Positions 15,760-25,452 of a stretch of DNA of 42,764 nt are shown in pieces. A program made the position numbers and the translations under genes. The DNA lies in the IMG/VR virus record IMGVR_UViG_3300048855_000035, positions 1 to 42,764 of that record, one strand, 5' to 3'. The first letter of the stretch is position 1, and every line of letters starts with the position of its first letter. Source of the stretch: a virus (Duplodnaviria; Caudoviricetes). The notes under the pieces were generated by a model. The model saw only the letters and a program-made list of their open reading frames with translations, did no database searches and had not been told where the DNA came from.

Positions 15760-15963
15760 ATGACCATGAAAGTACGCACAGGCGAACCACACGGACTGCC
15801 GCTCGAGGAAGTAACCACCCGGAAATACACGGTGAAGCCACTTCCCCATGTTGACTTCGCCGCGGAAGCACTACTCGAAGCGCAAGCACGATGGTTCAGG
15901 GAACACCCAAACGAACGGCGTCGAGCAAGCGCTCTCCTCTGGGATATCACACCAGCCGACTAA
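15760..15963 (+). CDS. Hypothetical protein
   Basis: AGGAG RBS (start may be 15766). Confidence 0.55.
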   Translation: MTMKVRTGEPHGLPLEEVTTRKYTVKPLPHVDFAAEALLEAQARWFREHPNERRRASALLWDITPAD

Positions 15964-16001
15964 CTGAACTCCACACCCACACACCAACGGCGGAGGTGTG
16001 C

Positions 16002-16349
16002 ATGAAGATATGCAACGTACCCGGCTGTCCAACAGCGTTCACCGGACGCGGCGGACGCTGCCCATCCCACGCCGCCACAGCACGCGCCAAACGAGTAGAC
16101 AACAAGGTCTACGGAACCAGCGCACACCAAGCATTCAGACGGGCCGTACTCCAACGCGACCCCACCTGCACCATCGACGGGTGCCACGCTCGGTCCACCG
16201 TAGCCGACCACCACCCACACACACGCCGCGAACTCGTAGCCATCGGACTCAACCCCAACGACCCCACGTACGGCCGCGGACTCTGTGCCACACACCACAA
16301 CACACACACCGCACACACCTCACCAGGAGGCTGGCACGCACCCGGCTGA
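16002..16349 (+). CDS. Terminase-associated HNH endonuclease
   Basis: CNVPGC, RDPTC..GC...ADH...GLCATHH; immediately upstream of terS. Confidence 0.85.
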   Translation: MKICNVPGCPTAFTGRGGRCPSHAATARAKRVDNKVYGTSAHQAFRRAVLQRDPTCTIDGCHARSTVADHHPHTRRELVAIGLNPNDPTYGRGLCATHHNTHTAHTSPGGWHAPG

Positions 16350-16522
16350 CCCAAAGCCAGCCCAAAAGGGTGGGGGAGGACCCCTCAAGCGTGAACTCCC
16401 CTCGGTCGCCCGGGATGGCAAAAAAGCTGTGTACGGGTTTGAGGGTTGGTTTCTGGGGGCTGTGAGCGCAATGCTCGCGCCCCTCTGCTGATGAAGCGTA
16501 AGGCTTCGGAAGGTGGGCTGTT

Positions 16523-16954
16523 ATGCCTGGTCCTGCACCTAAAGATCCGTCTTCTCGTCGGCGCCGTAATGCTGCGGTCGGGAAGACGATGCTTCCTGCT
16601 GGTGGCCGTGTTGGTGATGTCCCGGATTGGCCGATCGTTGAGGTTGATGAGCCGTCTGTGTGGGCGAGTTTGTGGCGTTTGCCTCAGGCTTCGGCTTGGG
16701 AGCGGGATCACATGCACATGGTTCTGGCTGACTACGCGATTCTTCGTTCTCGGCTGTATGGCGAGGATGCTCCTTCTGCTTCTCTGCTCGCGGAGAAGCG
16801 GAATCAGGAAACGGTTCTCGGTTTGAATCCGAAGGCGATGCGTTCTCTGCTTTGGGAGGTGGCGACGTCGGATGAGGTGGCTGAGAAGCGTTCGAGTGCG
16901 CCGGCTGTTTCTCGTACGGCGTCGAAGCGGGCTGAGCTGAAGATTGTTGGCTAA
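16523..16954 (+). CDS. terS: Terminase small subunit
   Basis: MPGPAPKDP..RRRRN, W..LW..PQA..W, LGLNPKAMRSL. Confidence 0.85.
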   Translation: MPGPAPKDPSSRRRRNAAVGKTMLPAGGRVGDVPDWPIVEVDEPSVWASLWRLPQASAWERDHMHMVLADYAILRSRLYGEDAPSASLLAEKRNQETVLGLNPKAMRSLLWEVATSDEVAEKRSSAPAVSRTASKRAELKIVG

Positions 16955-18597
16955 TGCCTTGGCGTGGTCCTGAGTATGAGGGTGAGTTTCCTTCGCTTGG
17001 TTGGGCTGTTGCTGAGTGGATTGAAGAGAACTGCGTGGTGCCTGACCGTGAGGATGCTGGTGAGGCGTTCATCTTGTCGGATGAGCAGCTTCGGTTTTTG
17101 GTGCATCATTACCGGTTGAAGCCGAATGCGACTGAGGCTCGGTGGCAGACGGCATGGGCGCATACTCGCTCGTTGCTGGTGAAGCCCCAGAAGTGGGGTA
17201 AGGCTCCGATCACGTCGGCGATGATTTGCGCTGAGGCGGTTGGTGACGTTCTTTTTGCGGGGTGGGATGCGAACGGCGAGCCGGTTGCTCGAGCGTGGCC
17301 AACTCCGATCATTCAGGTGACTGCTTACAGCGAAGATCAGACGGACAACATCTGGAAGGTGTTGTTGCCGATGATTCAGATGGGTCCGCTTGCGGACATC
17401 ATCCCTGACACGGGTGAGACGCGTATCAATCTTCCTGGTCAGGGTTGGGTGGAGCCGGTCACTTCGAAGGCTCTTTCTCGCCTTGGTGCGCGAATTACGT
17501 TTGCTCCTCAGGATGAGGTGGGTACGTGGGTTTCACCCAACATGCGTTACCTGGCTGATACGCAGTATCGGGGCTTGTCGGGAACTGGTGGGCGTGCGAT
17601 GCTCACGACGAACGCGTGGGATCTTGCTGAGAACAGCGTTGCGCAGCAGATTGCGGAGGCTGGTGAGGCGACGGATTACGTCGATCACGTGCAGGCTCCG
17701 GAAACTCTGTCGTATACGAATAAGCGTGATCGTCACAAGATCCATGAGATTGTCTATGGCGACTCGGCGTTGAAGGTGAACCGTAAGGGCATTCGCGTTT
17801 CCGGGTGGGTTGACCTTGAGCGTATCGAGATTGATGCGGCGAAGCTGGTTCAGAAGGATCCGAATCAGGCGGCGCGGTTCTACGGCAACAGGCCATCTAT
17901 GGGTTCTGGTCAGTGGATGCCGGATGGCGCGTGGCGGTCGAAGCTTGTGGTCCGTGACCGGCCGAAGTCTGTTCCTGTGTGTGCGGGTTTCGATGGTTCC
18001 GATAAGGATGACTGGACGGGCATCAGGCTTGAAACGCTTGATCGTCACCAGTTCACTCCCGTCTATCACAACGATGAGAGGCGGACGATTTGGAACCCGG
18101 CGATTTGGCCTGGTCATCAGATTCCGCGCTCTGAGGTGATGGCGGCGTGGGACGACATCTTCGCGAACTACGACGTTGTGCGCGCCTATCTTGATCCGCC
18201 TCTGTGGGGGTCCGAGATTGCTCACTTGCAGGGTAAGTACGGCGACAAGGTTGTGTTTGAGTGGCCGACGTACCGGTTGAACCCGATGCATGCGGCGCTT
18301 GAGTCTTTCAAGGTCGACGTAACGAACCCGGATTCGGGGTTCACGCACGACGATTGCTCTTTCACTGAGCAGCACATCCGGAACGCTGTGGAACGTGCGC
18401 GCGGGGTCGCTACTGACCCGAACGGGTTGCGCCGGCAGACGTACATCCTCGGCAAGGCGAACGGCACCACTCAGAAGATCGACCTGGCGATGTCATCGGT
18501 GCTCGCTCATGAAGCGGTCAGCGATGCGATAGCGGCTGGCGACCTGGGCAAGCGAAAACAGCCTGAGATTTCAACCACCTTCTACGGATTCACATGA
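16954..18597 (+). CDS. terL: Terminase large subunit
   Basis: Walker A-like PQKWGKAP, Walker B QDE, nuclease GFDGS..DD, KIDLAM. Confidence 0.92.
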   Translation: MPWRGPEYEGEFPSLGWAVAEWIEENCVVPDREDAGEAFILSDEQLRFLVHHYRLKPNATEARWQTAWAHTRSLLVKPQKWGKAPITSAMICAEAVGDVLFAGWDANGEPVARAWPTPIIQVTAYSEDQTDNIWKVLLPMIQMGPLADIIPDTGETRINLPGQGWVEPVTSKALSRLGARITFAPQDEVGTWVSPNMRYLADTQYRGLSGTGGRAMLTTNAWDLAENSVAQQIAEAGEATDYVDHVQAPETLSYTNKRDRHKIHEIVYGDSALKVNRKGIRVSGWVDLERIEIDAAKLVQKDPNQAARFYGNRPSMGSGQWMPDGAWRSKLVVRDRPKSVPVCAGFDGSDKDDWTGIRLETLDRHQFTPVYHNDERRTIWNPAIWPGHQIPRSEVMAAWDDIFANYDVVRAYLDPPLWGSEIAHLQGKYGDKVVFEWPTYRLNPMHAALESFKVDVTNPDSGFTHDDCSFTEQHIRNAVERARGVATDPNGLRRQTYILGKANGTTQKIDLAMSSVLAHEAVSDAIAAGDLGKRKQPEISTTFYGFT

Positions 18598-18610
18598 CTG
18601 GAGCGACTAC

Positions 18611-20122
18611 ATGGACGTGAACGTCGGACTGGATCGGCTCCTGCGGGGCGAGCGGGCGCTGAAGGCGAACGCAAAGGTGATTGCGAAGCGCGAACGGTAT
18701 GCGCGCGGTGAGCATGACCTTCCGTATGCGCCTGAGGGCATCAACCAGGAGTATGACGACCTTCGCAAGCAGGCCCCCGCGAACTACATCGGTATCGCGA
18801 TGACTGCACCGGTTCAGCGCCTCCGAGCGGACGGTATTCGTACCGGCTTGGGCGATGATGCGGACGCGAAGGTGTGGGGCGCGTGGCAGGCGAACAAGAT
18901 GGATCAGCGGCAGGATCTGGCGTACTCGTCGATGCTGAAGCATGGTCGCGGGATTGTGTCGTGCTGGCCGAACCTGGATGACCGTTCGAAGCCGATCATC
19001 CGTCCCGAGTCGCTTGAGCTTGTGCATATCGAGATGGACCCGGACGACCCTTTCACGCCTCTGTGGGCGGTGAAGATTTACAGCGTCCAGGAGTCGTCGC
19101 CCCTCACTCAGGTGATGTGGTTGCCGGATTCGATGACTGCGACGAAGACCATCGGCATCGTGTACGACAAGACGTCGATGATGCGGTTCGAGCGCGGCGG
19201 GTTTGCGGCCTCGGCTGGCTGGGAGATGGTCAAGGACGGCACGCATCCGATGCGTCGGGTGCCGTTCGCCCTATACGACTTCCAGGTGGATTCGCTCGGT
19301 CGGCCGTGGTCGGCGATGGATGCGCTGATCCCGCAGCAGGATGCGATCAACACTATTCGCTTCAACACTCTGCTGGCGATGCAGTTTTCGGCGTTCCGTC
19401 AGCGCATCGTGACCGGGTTTGACCCACGCGCGACGGACAAGGACGGGAACTTCCTCTACCAGAAGAACGAGGACGGCACTCCGAAGGTTGACGCGCAGGG
19501 GCGGGCTATCCCGCTGCTGAACACTCCTGGTCGCGTCGGCGTGGATCGTCTTCTTGCGTTCCCTGGTGGTGACACGAAGGTCTTCGACCTCGCTGAGTCG
19601 AACCTGAAGAACTACATCGAGGTGCTGTCATCGTTCCTGGTGCAGTTCTTCTCGACGGCGCAGATCCCCCCGCAGTATCTGCTGTCTCAGATGGCAAACC
19701 TGTCAGGGGATGCGCTGGCCGGCGCGGAATCCACTCTCGCATCCTTGGTGAAGGAGCTCCAGCTCGCCGCGGGAGAGGGTAACGAGGCGCTTGCGGAGCT
19801 CGCCTGGTATGCGATGGGCGAGACGGAAGAGTTCGCGCCGTCTGCGGAGACGGTGTGGGCGGATGCGGAGGCGCGTTCGTTCGCTCAGATCGTCGATGCG
19901 ATTGTGAAGCTGATTTCGACGGGCTTCCCGCGTCGGGGTGCGTTCGAGATGATCCCCGGCGCGACATCAAGCAAGGTCGACCGCTGGATGGATATGGCTG
20001 AGGATGAGGCGTTCGCGAATCGGCTACAAGCCGCAGCCCGCGCCTTCGAGGATGTGACCCCGGCGGCCCCAGTGAACGACCAGACGGAGATCACAGATGA
20101 CGCTCCCACGGTCGGCGGTTAG
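18611..20122 (+). CDS. Portal protein (SPP1 gp6-like)
   Basis: WQANKMD, QDAIN, NLSGDAL; position after terL. Confidence 0.9.
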   Translation: MDVNVGLDRLLRGERALKANAKVIAKRERYARGEHDLPYAPEGINQEYDDLRKQAPANYIGIAMTAPVQRLRADGIRTGLGDDADAKVWGAWQANKMDQRQDLAYSSMLKHGRGIVSCWPNLDDRSKPIIRPESLELVHIEMDPDDPFTPLWAVKIYSVQESSPLTQVMWLPDSMTATKTIGIVYDKTSMMRFERGGFAASAGWEMVKDGTHPMRRVPFALYDFQVDSLGRPWSAMDALIPQQDAINTIRFNTLLAMQFSAFRQRIVTGFDPRATDKDGNFLYQKNEDGTPKVDAQGRAIPLLNTPGRVGVDRLLAFPGGDTKVFDLAESNLKNYIEVLSSFLVQFFSTAQIPPQYLLSQMANLSGDALAGAESTLASLVKELQLAAGEGNEALAELAWYAMGETEEFAPSAETVWADAEARSFAQIVDAIVKLISTGFPRRGAFEMIPGATSSKVDRWMDMAEDEAFANRLQAAARAFEDVTPAAPVNDQTEITDDAPTVGG

Positions 20123-20972
20123 TCACTACCGCCAGCAGCAACTCATCACGGTGTCCACAGCGCAGGAGGTTGATGCGCTGTGGAACCGGATGACGGTCGA
20201 CTTCGACGAATCCTGGGCGCGAATCGCTCCCAGCGTGTTTGATTCGACTTCGGCTGGACAGTACGCGGCTGCGGTTTCTGGCATTGCCTACGTTGACGCG
20301 GTGCTCGGGGAAACGGGTGTCGATGCTCCTGCCGTGGCCCGCGTGAACCCCACCAGGTTCGCGGGTGGTTCCACGGATGGCGGCTCTCTCGATTCGCTGC
20401 TTTCGGGTTCAGTGGTCAAGGCAAAACAGGCGGTGGCGGAAGGCCTCAGTCCTGCCCTTGCGCTTACTGCTGCCCGGGGGTGGTTGCAGTCGGTCGTGAT
20501 GGATGCGGTGCGCGACGCCGACCGGCAAGCGGTCGGTGCCGGGATTACGGTGCGTCCGAAGGTGCAGGGCTGGGTTCGGATGCTGAATCCTCCGTCGTGC
20601 AAGTTCTGTATCGCCCTGGGTGGCCAGTTCTACCGGTGGAATCAGGGGTTCCAATCACATCCACACTGTGACTGCCGGCACATCCCGTCGCAAGAGTCGG
20701 GCGCTGACGATTTCACCATCAACCCGCGCGCGTACTTCGGGACGTTGGACGACAAGACCCAGGATCGGATCTTCGGCAAGAACGACGCGCAAGCGATCCG
20801 TGATGGCGCCGATATCAATCAGGTCGTGAATATCCGTGCCCGCGGGTTTGGTAAGCAGCTTCGACGCCAACCTGACCTGATGACTGTCGATCACATCTAT
20901 GCCCAGGCGAAGAGCCGCGAAGATGCGATCGAACTACTGCGAATGAATGGCTTCATCTCGCGGTACGTGTAA
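20097..20972 (+). CDS. MuF-like minor head / capsid maturation protein
   Basis: WVRMLNPPSCKFC...FQSHPHCDCRHIP. Confidence 0.75.
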   Translation: MTLPRSAVSHYRQQQLITVSTAQEVDALWNRMTVDFDESWARIAPSVFDSTSAGQYAAAVSGIAYVDAVLGETGVDAPAVARVNPTRFAGGSTDGGSLDSLLSGSVVKAKQAVAEGLSPALALTAARGWLQSVVMDAVRDADRQAVGAGITVRPKVQGWVRMLNPPSCKFCIALGGQFYRWNQGFQSHPHCDCRHIPSQESGADDFTINPRAYFGTLDDKTQDRIFGKNDAQAIRDGADINQVVNIRARGFGKQLRRQPDLMTVDHIYAQAKSREDAIELLRMNGFISRYV

Positions 20973-21039
20973 CACCTCGGACCGCAATGGTTCGGGTAGC
21001 CGGCACGCAATGTGCCACGAATCTCGCAAGGAGATCAGT

Positions 21040-21639
21040 ATGCCCATTGAAGGAATCGAGCAGATGGCCGAGTCGCTTGGCATTAGCGACACCGCGGCGT
21101 TCACGGATGCTCTAGAGAAGTTCGAGACGGACCGCCTCAAGGCGCGCCAGACAGTCATTGACAAGGCGCAGGGGGAGCTTCGTGCTTTCACCGAGCTTGG
21201 ACTCACTCCGGACGAGATCAAGGCGCTGAAGGACAAGCCTGGTCCGACGTCCGAGAAAGACATTGAGAAGATCATCAACGATCGGGTCAAGGAAGTCGAG
21301 ACGGCTCAGACAGAACGGCTGAATGCTAAGGCTCGGGCTTCTGAGGTTCGCGCCCAGGCCGCGGAACTGGGGTTCATCAAGCCGGCCCAGGCGCTCGCTC
21401 TTCTCGACCCGAAGAAGCTCGCAGACATTCCCGTCAACGATGACGGCGACGCGGATGAAGCAGCAGTTAAGAAGCTCCTCGAAGAGCTGAAGACCGATTC
21501 TCCGCACCTCCTCAAGCCCACCGATACGACCGCGCACCACCGTGACGCGGGGATCGGTGCCACAGGCTCCGGCAACCAGCCGGACGTTCGCCCCGGAGCT
21601 GACCGTTTGCGTCAGGCCTACGCGAACACCAACAAGTAA
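21040..21639 (+). CDS. Scaffolding protein
   Basis: Charged helical protein before the capsid gene; AAGGAG RBS. Confidence 0.8.
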   Translation: MPIEGIEQMAESLGISDTAAFTDALEKFETDRLKARQTVIDKAQGELRAFTELGLTPDEIKALKDKPGPTSEKDIEKIINDRVKEVETAQTERLNAKARASEVRAQAAELGFIKPAQALALLDPKKLADIPVNDDGDADEAAVKKLLEELKTDSPHLLKPTDTTAHHRDAGIGATGSGNQPDVRPGADRLRQAYANTNK

Positions 21640-21688
21640 ATGACGCTCGCCGTTTTGCGGTCGAGCTAACCCTGAAAGGACACAGCAT

Positions 21689-22645
21689 ATGGCTGTTACC
21701 CTCGCACAGGCGGCTCTGCTCTCGCAGAACGACCTTCAGCGCGGTGTCATCGAGACGTTCGTCCAGGAGTCGCCGGTCCTCGACCGCCTGCCCCTCATGA
21801 GCATCGAGGGCAACGCATACGCGTACAACAAGGAGGCGTCTCTTCCGGGTGTCGCGTTCCGTTCCGTCAACGAGGCCTACACCGAGTCGACTGGCACTGT
21901 CGTGCAGGCGACGGAGTCTCTGGTCATTCTCGGTGGTGACGCGGATGTGGACCGCTTCATCGTCCAGACCCGCGGCGACCTGAACGACCAGCGTGCCGTT
22001 CAGACCCGGCTCAAGGTCAAGGCGGCGTCGTACAAGTACCAGGACACGTTCTTCAACGGCGATGTGACTGTCGACACGAAGAGCTTCGATGGCCTGAAGA
22101 AGCGCCTGACTGGCTCGCAGGTGATCGATGCGGGCACCAACGGTGCGCCTATCCTCGGCAATGGGGCGTCGGATGCGCAGGCGTTCTTTGACCTCCTTGA
22201 CGCTCTCGTGGCTCAGGTTCCTGGTATCGACGCCAACAACGGCGCCATCTACGCCAACGCTTCGGTCATCGGCAAGATTCGCTCTGCTGGTCGGCGAATC
22301 GGTGGCGTGGACATCGTGAAGGAAGACCTCACGGGCAAGCGCGTCGTGACGTGGAACGGCATTCCGGTCCTCAACCCGGGGAACAACCTCGCGGGTTCCC
22401 CGATCCTCACCCAGACGGAGACCCAGGGCTCTTCCAGCGTTGCGTCTTCTGTTTACGCGGTGCGTTTCGGTGAGGACGAGACCGACCAGGGCGTTACGGG
22501 CCTCACCAACGGGGGTATTCAGGTCGACGACCTGGGTCAGCTTCAGGAGAAGCCGGCCTACCGTACCCGCATCGAGTTCTACTGCGGTCTCGCGACGTTC
22601 GGCGGTCAGGCCGCTGCTCGTCTCCGCGGCGTTCTCGCTTCCTAA
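21689..22645 (+). CDS. Major capsid protein
   Basis: MAVTLAQAA...ESPVLDRLP...YRTRIEFYCGLA; strong RBS. Confidence 0.9.
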   Translation: MAVTLAQAALLSQNDLQRGVIETFVQESPVLDRLPLMSIEGNAYAYNKEASLPGVAFRSVNEAYTESTGTVVQATESLVILGGDADVDRFIVQTRGDLNDQRAVQTRLKVKAASYKYQDTFFNGDVTVDTKSFDGLKKRLTGSQVIDAGTNGAPILGNGASDAQAFFDLLDALVAQVPGIDANNGAIYANASVIGKIRSAGRRIGGVDIVKEDLTGKRVVTWNGIPVLNPGNNLAGSPILTQTETQGSSSVASSVYAVRFGEDETDQGVTGLTNGGIQVDDLGQLQEKPAYRTRIEFYCGLATFGGQAAARLRGVLAS

Positions 22646-22657
22646 GGAGGAAACTAC

Positions 22658-22969
22658 ATGGCTGTCACGAAGAAGACCGAAGAGACGACCACTCTCGATT
22701 CGGATGTTACGAAGCCGTCCGTCACGGCGCCTGGCGATGGGGCGGCCGACACTACCGATCCCACGGAGATCGCAGTGTCGGTTCCGCCTCAGCCTGGCCC
22801 TGAGGCGGTCGAGGTGGGAACTGTCAACGCGGTGAAGCCGGTCAAGCGAACTGTTGCCGAGCGCGACAGCTCGAGCGACCGTACGGAGAAGTATGAGGCG
22901 GTGAAGCCGGACGGTACGAAGGTTACCGTCACGCGCAACATCGAGACCGGCGAGACTTCGGTCAAGTAA
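22658..22969 (+). CDS. Virion-associated hypothetical protein
   Basis: AAGGAGG RBS; follows the capsid gene. Confidence 0.7.
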   Translation: MAVTKKTEETTTLDSDVTKPSVTAPGDGAADTTDPTEIAVSVPPQPGPEAVEVGTVNAVKPVKRTVAERDSSSDRTEKYEAVKPDGTKVTVTRNIETGETSVK

Positions 22970-22986
22970 CAGATAAGGGGACGCTC

Positions 22987-23382
22987 ATGGAGAATCCAGC
23001 AACTCTTGAAGATGTTCGAGACTACATCGAGCGTCCCCTCACCTCCGATGAAGAGCGGGTGATTCCCTCTTGGTTGGACAAGGCGTGGCGTGAGCTGAAC
23101 CGAGTGGTTCCGGCCATCTCGCTGCGGAATGCGTTGCCCTTGACCGAGCCCACGTATCTTGCCTCTGAAGATGTCATCGACGTCCTGGTGGCGATGGTGG
23201 AACGCAAGGTGCGGCATCCAGACGGAGTCGCACAGTGGAATGGTGACGACTACGGCGAGAAGATCGACGCATCTATGGCCTCGGGTCGAATCTACGTCAC
23301 TGATGAAGAGCGCGCCTCGCTGATGCCCGCCGCGCCTTCCTACGGGGGCGGCATCTATTCGATTCCGCTGACGGCACGTTGA
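22987..23382 (+). CDS. Head-to-tail adaptor
   Basis: ATLEDV...RPLT..E, MVERKVRHPDG, GRIYVTDEE. Confidence 0.8.
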   Translation: MENPATLEDVRDYIERPLTSDEERVIPSWLDKAWRELNRVVPAISLRNALPLTEPTYLASEDVIDVLVAMVERKVRHPDGVAQWNGDDYGEKIDASMASGRIYVTDEERASLMPAAPSYGGGIYSIPLTAR

Positions 23383-23774
23383 TGTTCTCCCCTTCGCAAC
23401 GAGCCAAAGCTCGCTACAAGCTCGAGCAGCGCATGACCGAGACGGTGCAAGTCGGCCCGTACAAGTCGGGAACTGATCCCGACTCGGGTGATGCGACCCA
23501 CGAGCTCACGTCGACAACCTATGCGGGCAAGGGCCGGATCAAGTACGAGACTACGATGGTGTCCGATTCGGACGGGTCGTCGCAGACCGTTGCCTTTCAG
23601 CGCCTCATTCTCAGCATCCCGACTGGATCGCCTCGCCTGCACGATGGCGACGGCGTGACGGTCTCTGCTTCGCTCTCTGACGGGCTGCTCGTGGGCCGGT
23701 TCTACACGGTGGAGGGCTCACCAGAATCGGGACAAACGACTTCGCATAGGTACCAGTTGAGGGAGCTGTCGTGA
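23382..23774 (+). CDS. Head-to-tail stopper (DUF6093-like)
   Basis: MTETV..., YAGKGRI, position. Confidence 0.7.
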   Translation: MFSPSQRAKARYKLEQRMTETVQVGPYKSGTDPDSGDATHELTSTTYAGKGRIKYETTMVSDSDGSSQTVAFQRLILSIPTGSPRLHDGDGVTVSASLSDGLLVGRFYTVEGSPESGQTTSHRYQLRELS

Positions 23775-24178
23775 GCGACGACTTCTCGGAACTCATGCGC
23801 TTGGCAAATGATCTGTCAGGCGTCCCAGCGGAGGCGAACAAGCGCATCAAGAAGGCGATCGAGTTCACTGCCCGCGGCATCAAGGATGACTGGAAACAGG
23901 GAGCCGAGATTTCCGGAGGTTTCCCTGCTTCCTACCCGGCATCGATCAGCTATGAGATGCAGTACACGGGAGGGTCGATAGATGCGGAGATTGGCCCGGT
24001 GCTCGGCTTCACCCCCGGATCATCCGCTGGATTCCTCGATGAGCCTCTGTCCTCGGCAGGGGTCGACGGCCCCGTGCACCACGCGGGGCGCAATGCCACG
24101 GAAGCTAACGAACCGGACTTCTACGAGGGTCTTGAGATCGCTATCACGGATGCCGTGATTGACAAGCTGGGGGCGTGA
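23771..24178 (+). CDS. Neck / tail completion protein (HK97 gp10-like)
   Basis: Synteny; SISYE...AEIGP. Confidence 0.6.
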   Translation: MSDDFSELMRLANDLSGVPAEANKRIKKAIEFTARGIKDDWKQGAEISGGFPASYPASISYEMQYTGGSIDAEIGPVLGFTPGSSAGFLDEPLSSAGVDGPVHHAGRNATEANEPDFYEGLEIAITDAVIDKLGA

Positions 24179-24591
24179 TGCTCGCTCATTTCAACGCGTT
24201 CAGGGCACTTCTGGTTGCGGTGTCGATCCTGTCGAACAAGGTGTTCTCGAACGTGCGGGTCACGAATGGCGCCCCGGTGCGGGCGAACTATGTGGTGCTG
24301 TTCCCGGATGGGCCTGCCGATTTTGATCTGCGTTTGACTCAGCAGCAGAGCATGGGGGCGCGGACTCGGTGGCGGTATGACGTGCGGGTGGTCGCGGTTG
24401 ATGCGGATGGGTTGATGCTGCTTGCTGATGGGGTTTTGTCTCTGATTGGTGTCCTGCCCGTGGTTGTTGGTCGCGTGTGCTCTCCGGTGCGTCTTGTGCC
24501 GGGTGTGGAGGAGGGGCGCGGTCGGTATGACAGCGTGACTGATCTGCACTACCTCGATTTGTCGTTCGAGTTCTGGTCTCAGGAGGCATGA
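24175..24591 (+). CDS. Tail terminator
   Basis: YVVLFP motif; synteny. Confidence 0.7.
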   Translation: MMLAHFNAFRALLVAVSILSNKVFSNVRVTNGAPVRANYVVLFPDGPADFDLRLTQQQSMGARTRWRYDVRVVAVDADGLMLLADGVLSLIGVLPVVVGRVCSPVRLVPGVEEGRGRYDSVTDLHYLDLSFEFWSQEA

Positions 24592-24761
24592 TGGCTGATC
24601 GCATCGTGAAGGTTCGTCTAGTCATCGACGCCGCGGCATATCAGGCTGCTATCGATGAGGCGCACGCCTACTTCCGGGCGCACCGCTCGAAGCGTAAGCG
24701 TGCCGCGTTCCTCGAAGCATTCCGAGCCCGCATCAGATCCATGGTCCGGGTCGAACGATAA
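24591..24761 (+). CDS. 56-aa basic protein resembling the tape measure N-terminus (not in ORF track)
   Basis: AGGAGG RBS, stop/start overlap; MADRIVKVRL...IDEA. Confidence 0.65.
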   Translation: MADRIVKVRLVIDAAAYQAAIDEAHAYFRAHRSKRKRAAFLEAFRARIRSMVRVER

Positions 24762-24776
24762 ACCGATCTTACTTTC

Positions 24777-24805
24777 AAGCCCTGCCGCATGGTGGGGCTT
24801 TTTCT
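24777..24805 (+). terminator. Intrinsic terminator
   Basis: AAGCCCTGCC-gcat-GGTGGGGCTT followed by TTTCT. Confidence 0.7.
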
Positions 24806-24871
24806 ATGCCCCCTTGGCTCTCCCCAAGGGTGACCGAACCCCGGTTCACGGGGAGATGAAAGGAGGCTGCT

Positions 24872-25378
24872 ATGGCGGCTGAATCAGTACCGGCGAGCAC
24901 CCAGTCTGATGGGCGCTGGCGGATCACGAACCTTCCTTCGGGTTCGAATGCGAAGTCTGTTGCGATTCTGAATGGTGGCACAGCGAAGCCGATCACGTAC
25001 GGCATCACTGCTGGTGGTTGGAATCACACGGTGAACCAGGCGACTGTCGAGGACAAGCGCTTGACGCTGATCCAGGATCTGTCGCGTCCCGGCAAGGTGA
25101 CCGAGGCGCTTGAGGTGACTGTTGTGGAGTCTGAGGATGTCGCGTCTGCGGACCGCATTCTGTCGGGCCTGTCTGCGTCTCAGACCGAATCGCAGTTCGT
25201 TGTTCGGCGGGCTGTGCTGAACGCGGATACGCATGCGGTGGGTCAGCGTGCTGATGTCATCACGGGTGTTGTTGGTGTCCGACGTCCGGATGCTCCGACT
25301 GAGAACGGTGTGGACACGGCAAAATACACGATCTACATCACGAAGCCCACGGAGCGGGACGCGGTTCTCGTCGCGTGA
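24872..25378 (+). CDS. Major tail protein
   Basis: AAAGGAGG RBS; FVVRR...GQRADV; synteny. Confidence 0.8.
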   Translation: MAAESVPASTQSDGRWRITNLPSGSNAKSVAILNGGTAKPITYGITAGGWNHTVNQATVEDKRLTLIQDLSRPGKVTEALEVTVVESEDVASADRILSGLSASQTESQFVVRRAVLNADTHAVGQRADVITGVVGVRRPDAPTENGVDTAKYTIYITKPTERDAVLVA

Positions 25379-25452
25379 TTGACCACCTGGGTGGGGCTAC
25401 TCTCACCGGCCCCGCCCAGGTTCTTCCTTCTGGTGAGAGACAGGTGAGAGAT

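Noticed and set aside
17180-17210. Deviant terminase Walker A (PQKWGKAP) as a sign of inactivation
   Set aside because: The gene is otherwise intact, and such variants occur in this actinophage terminase group
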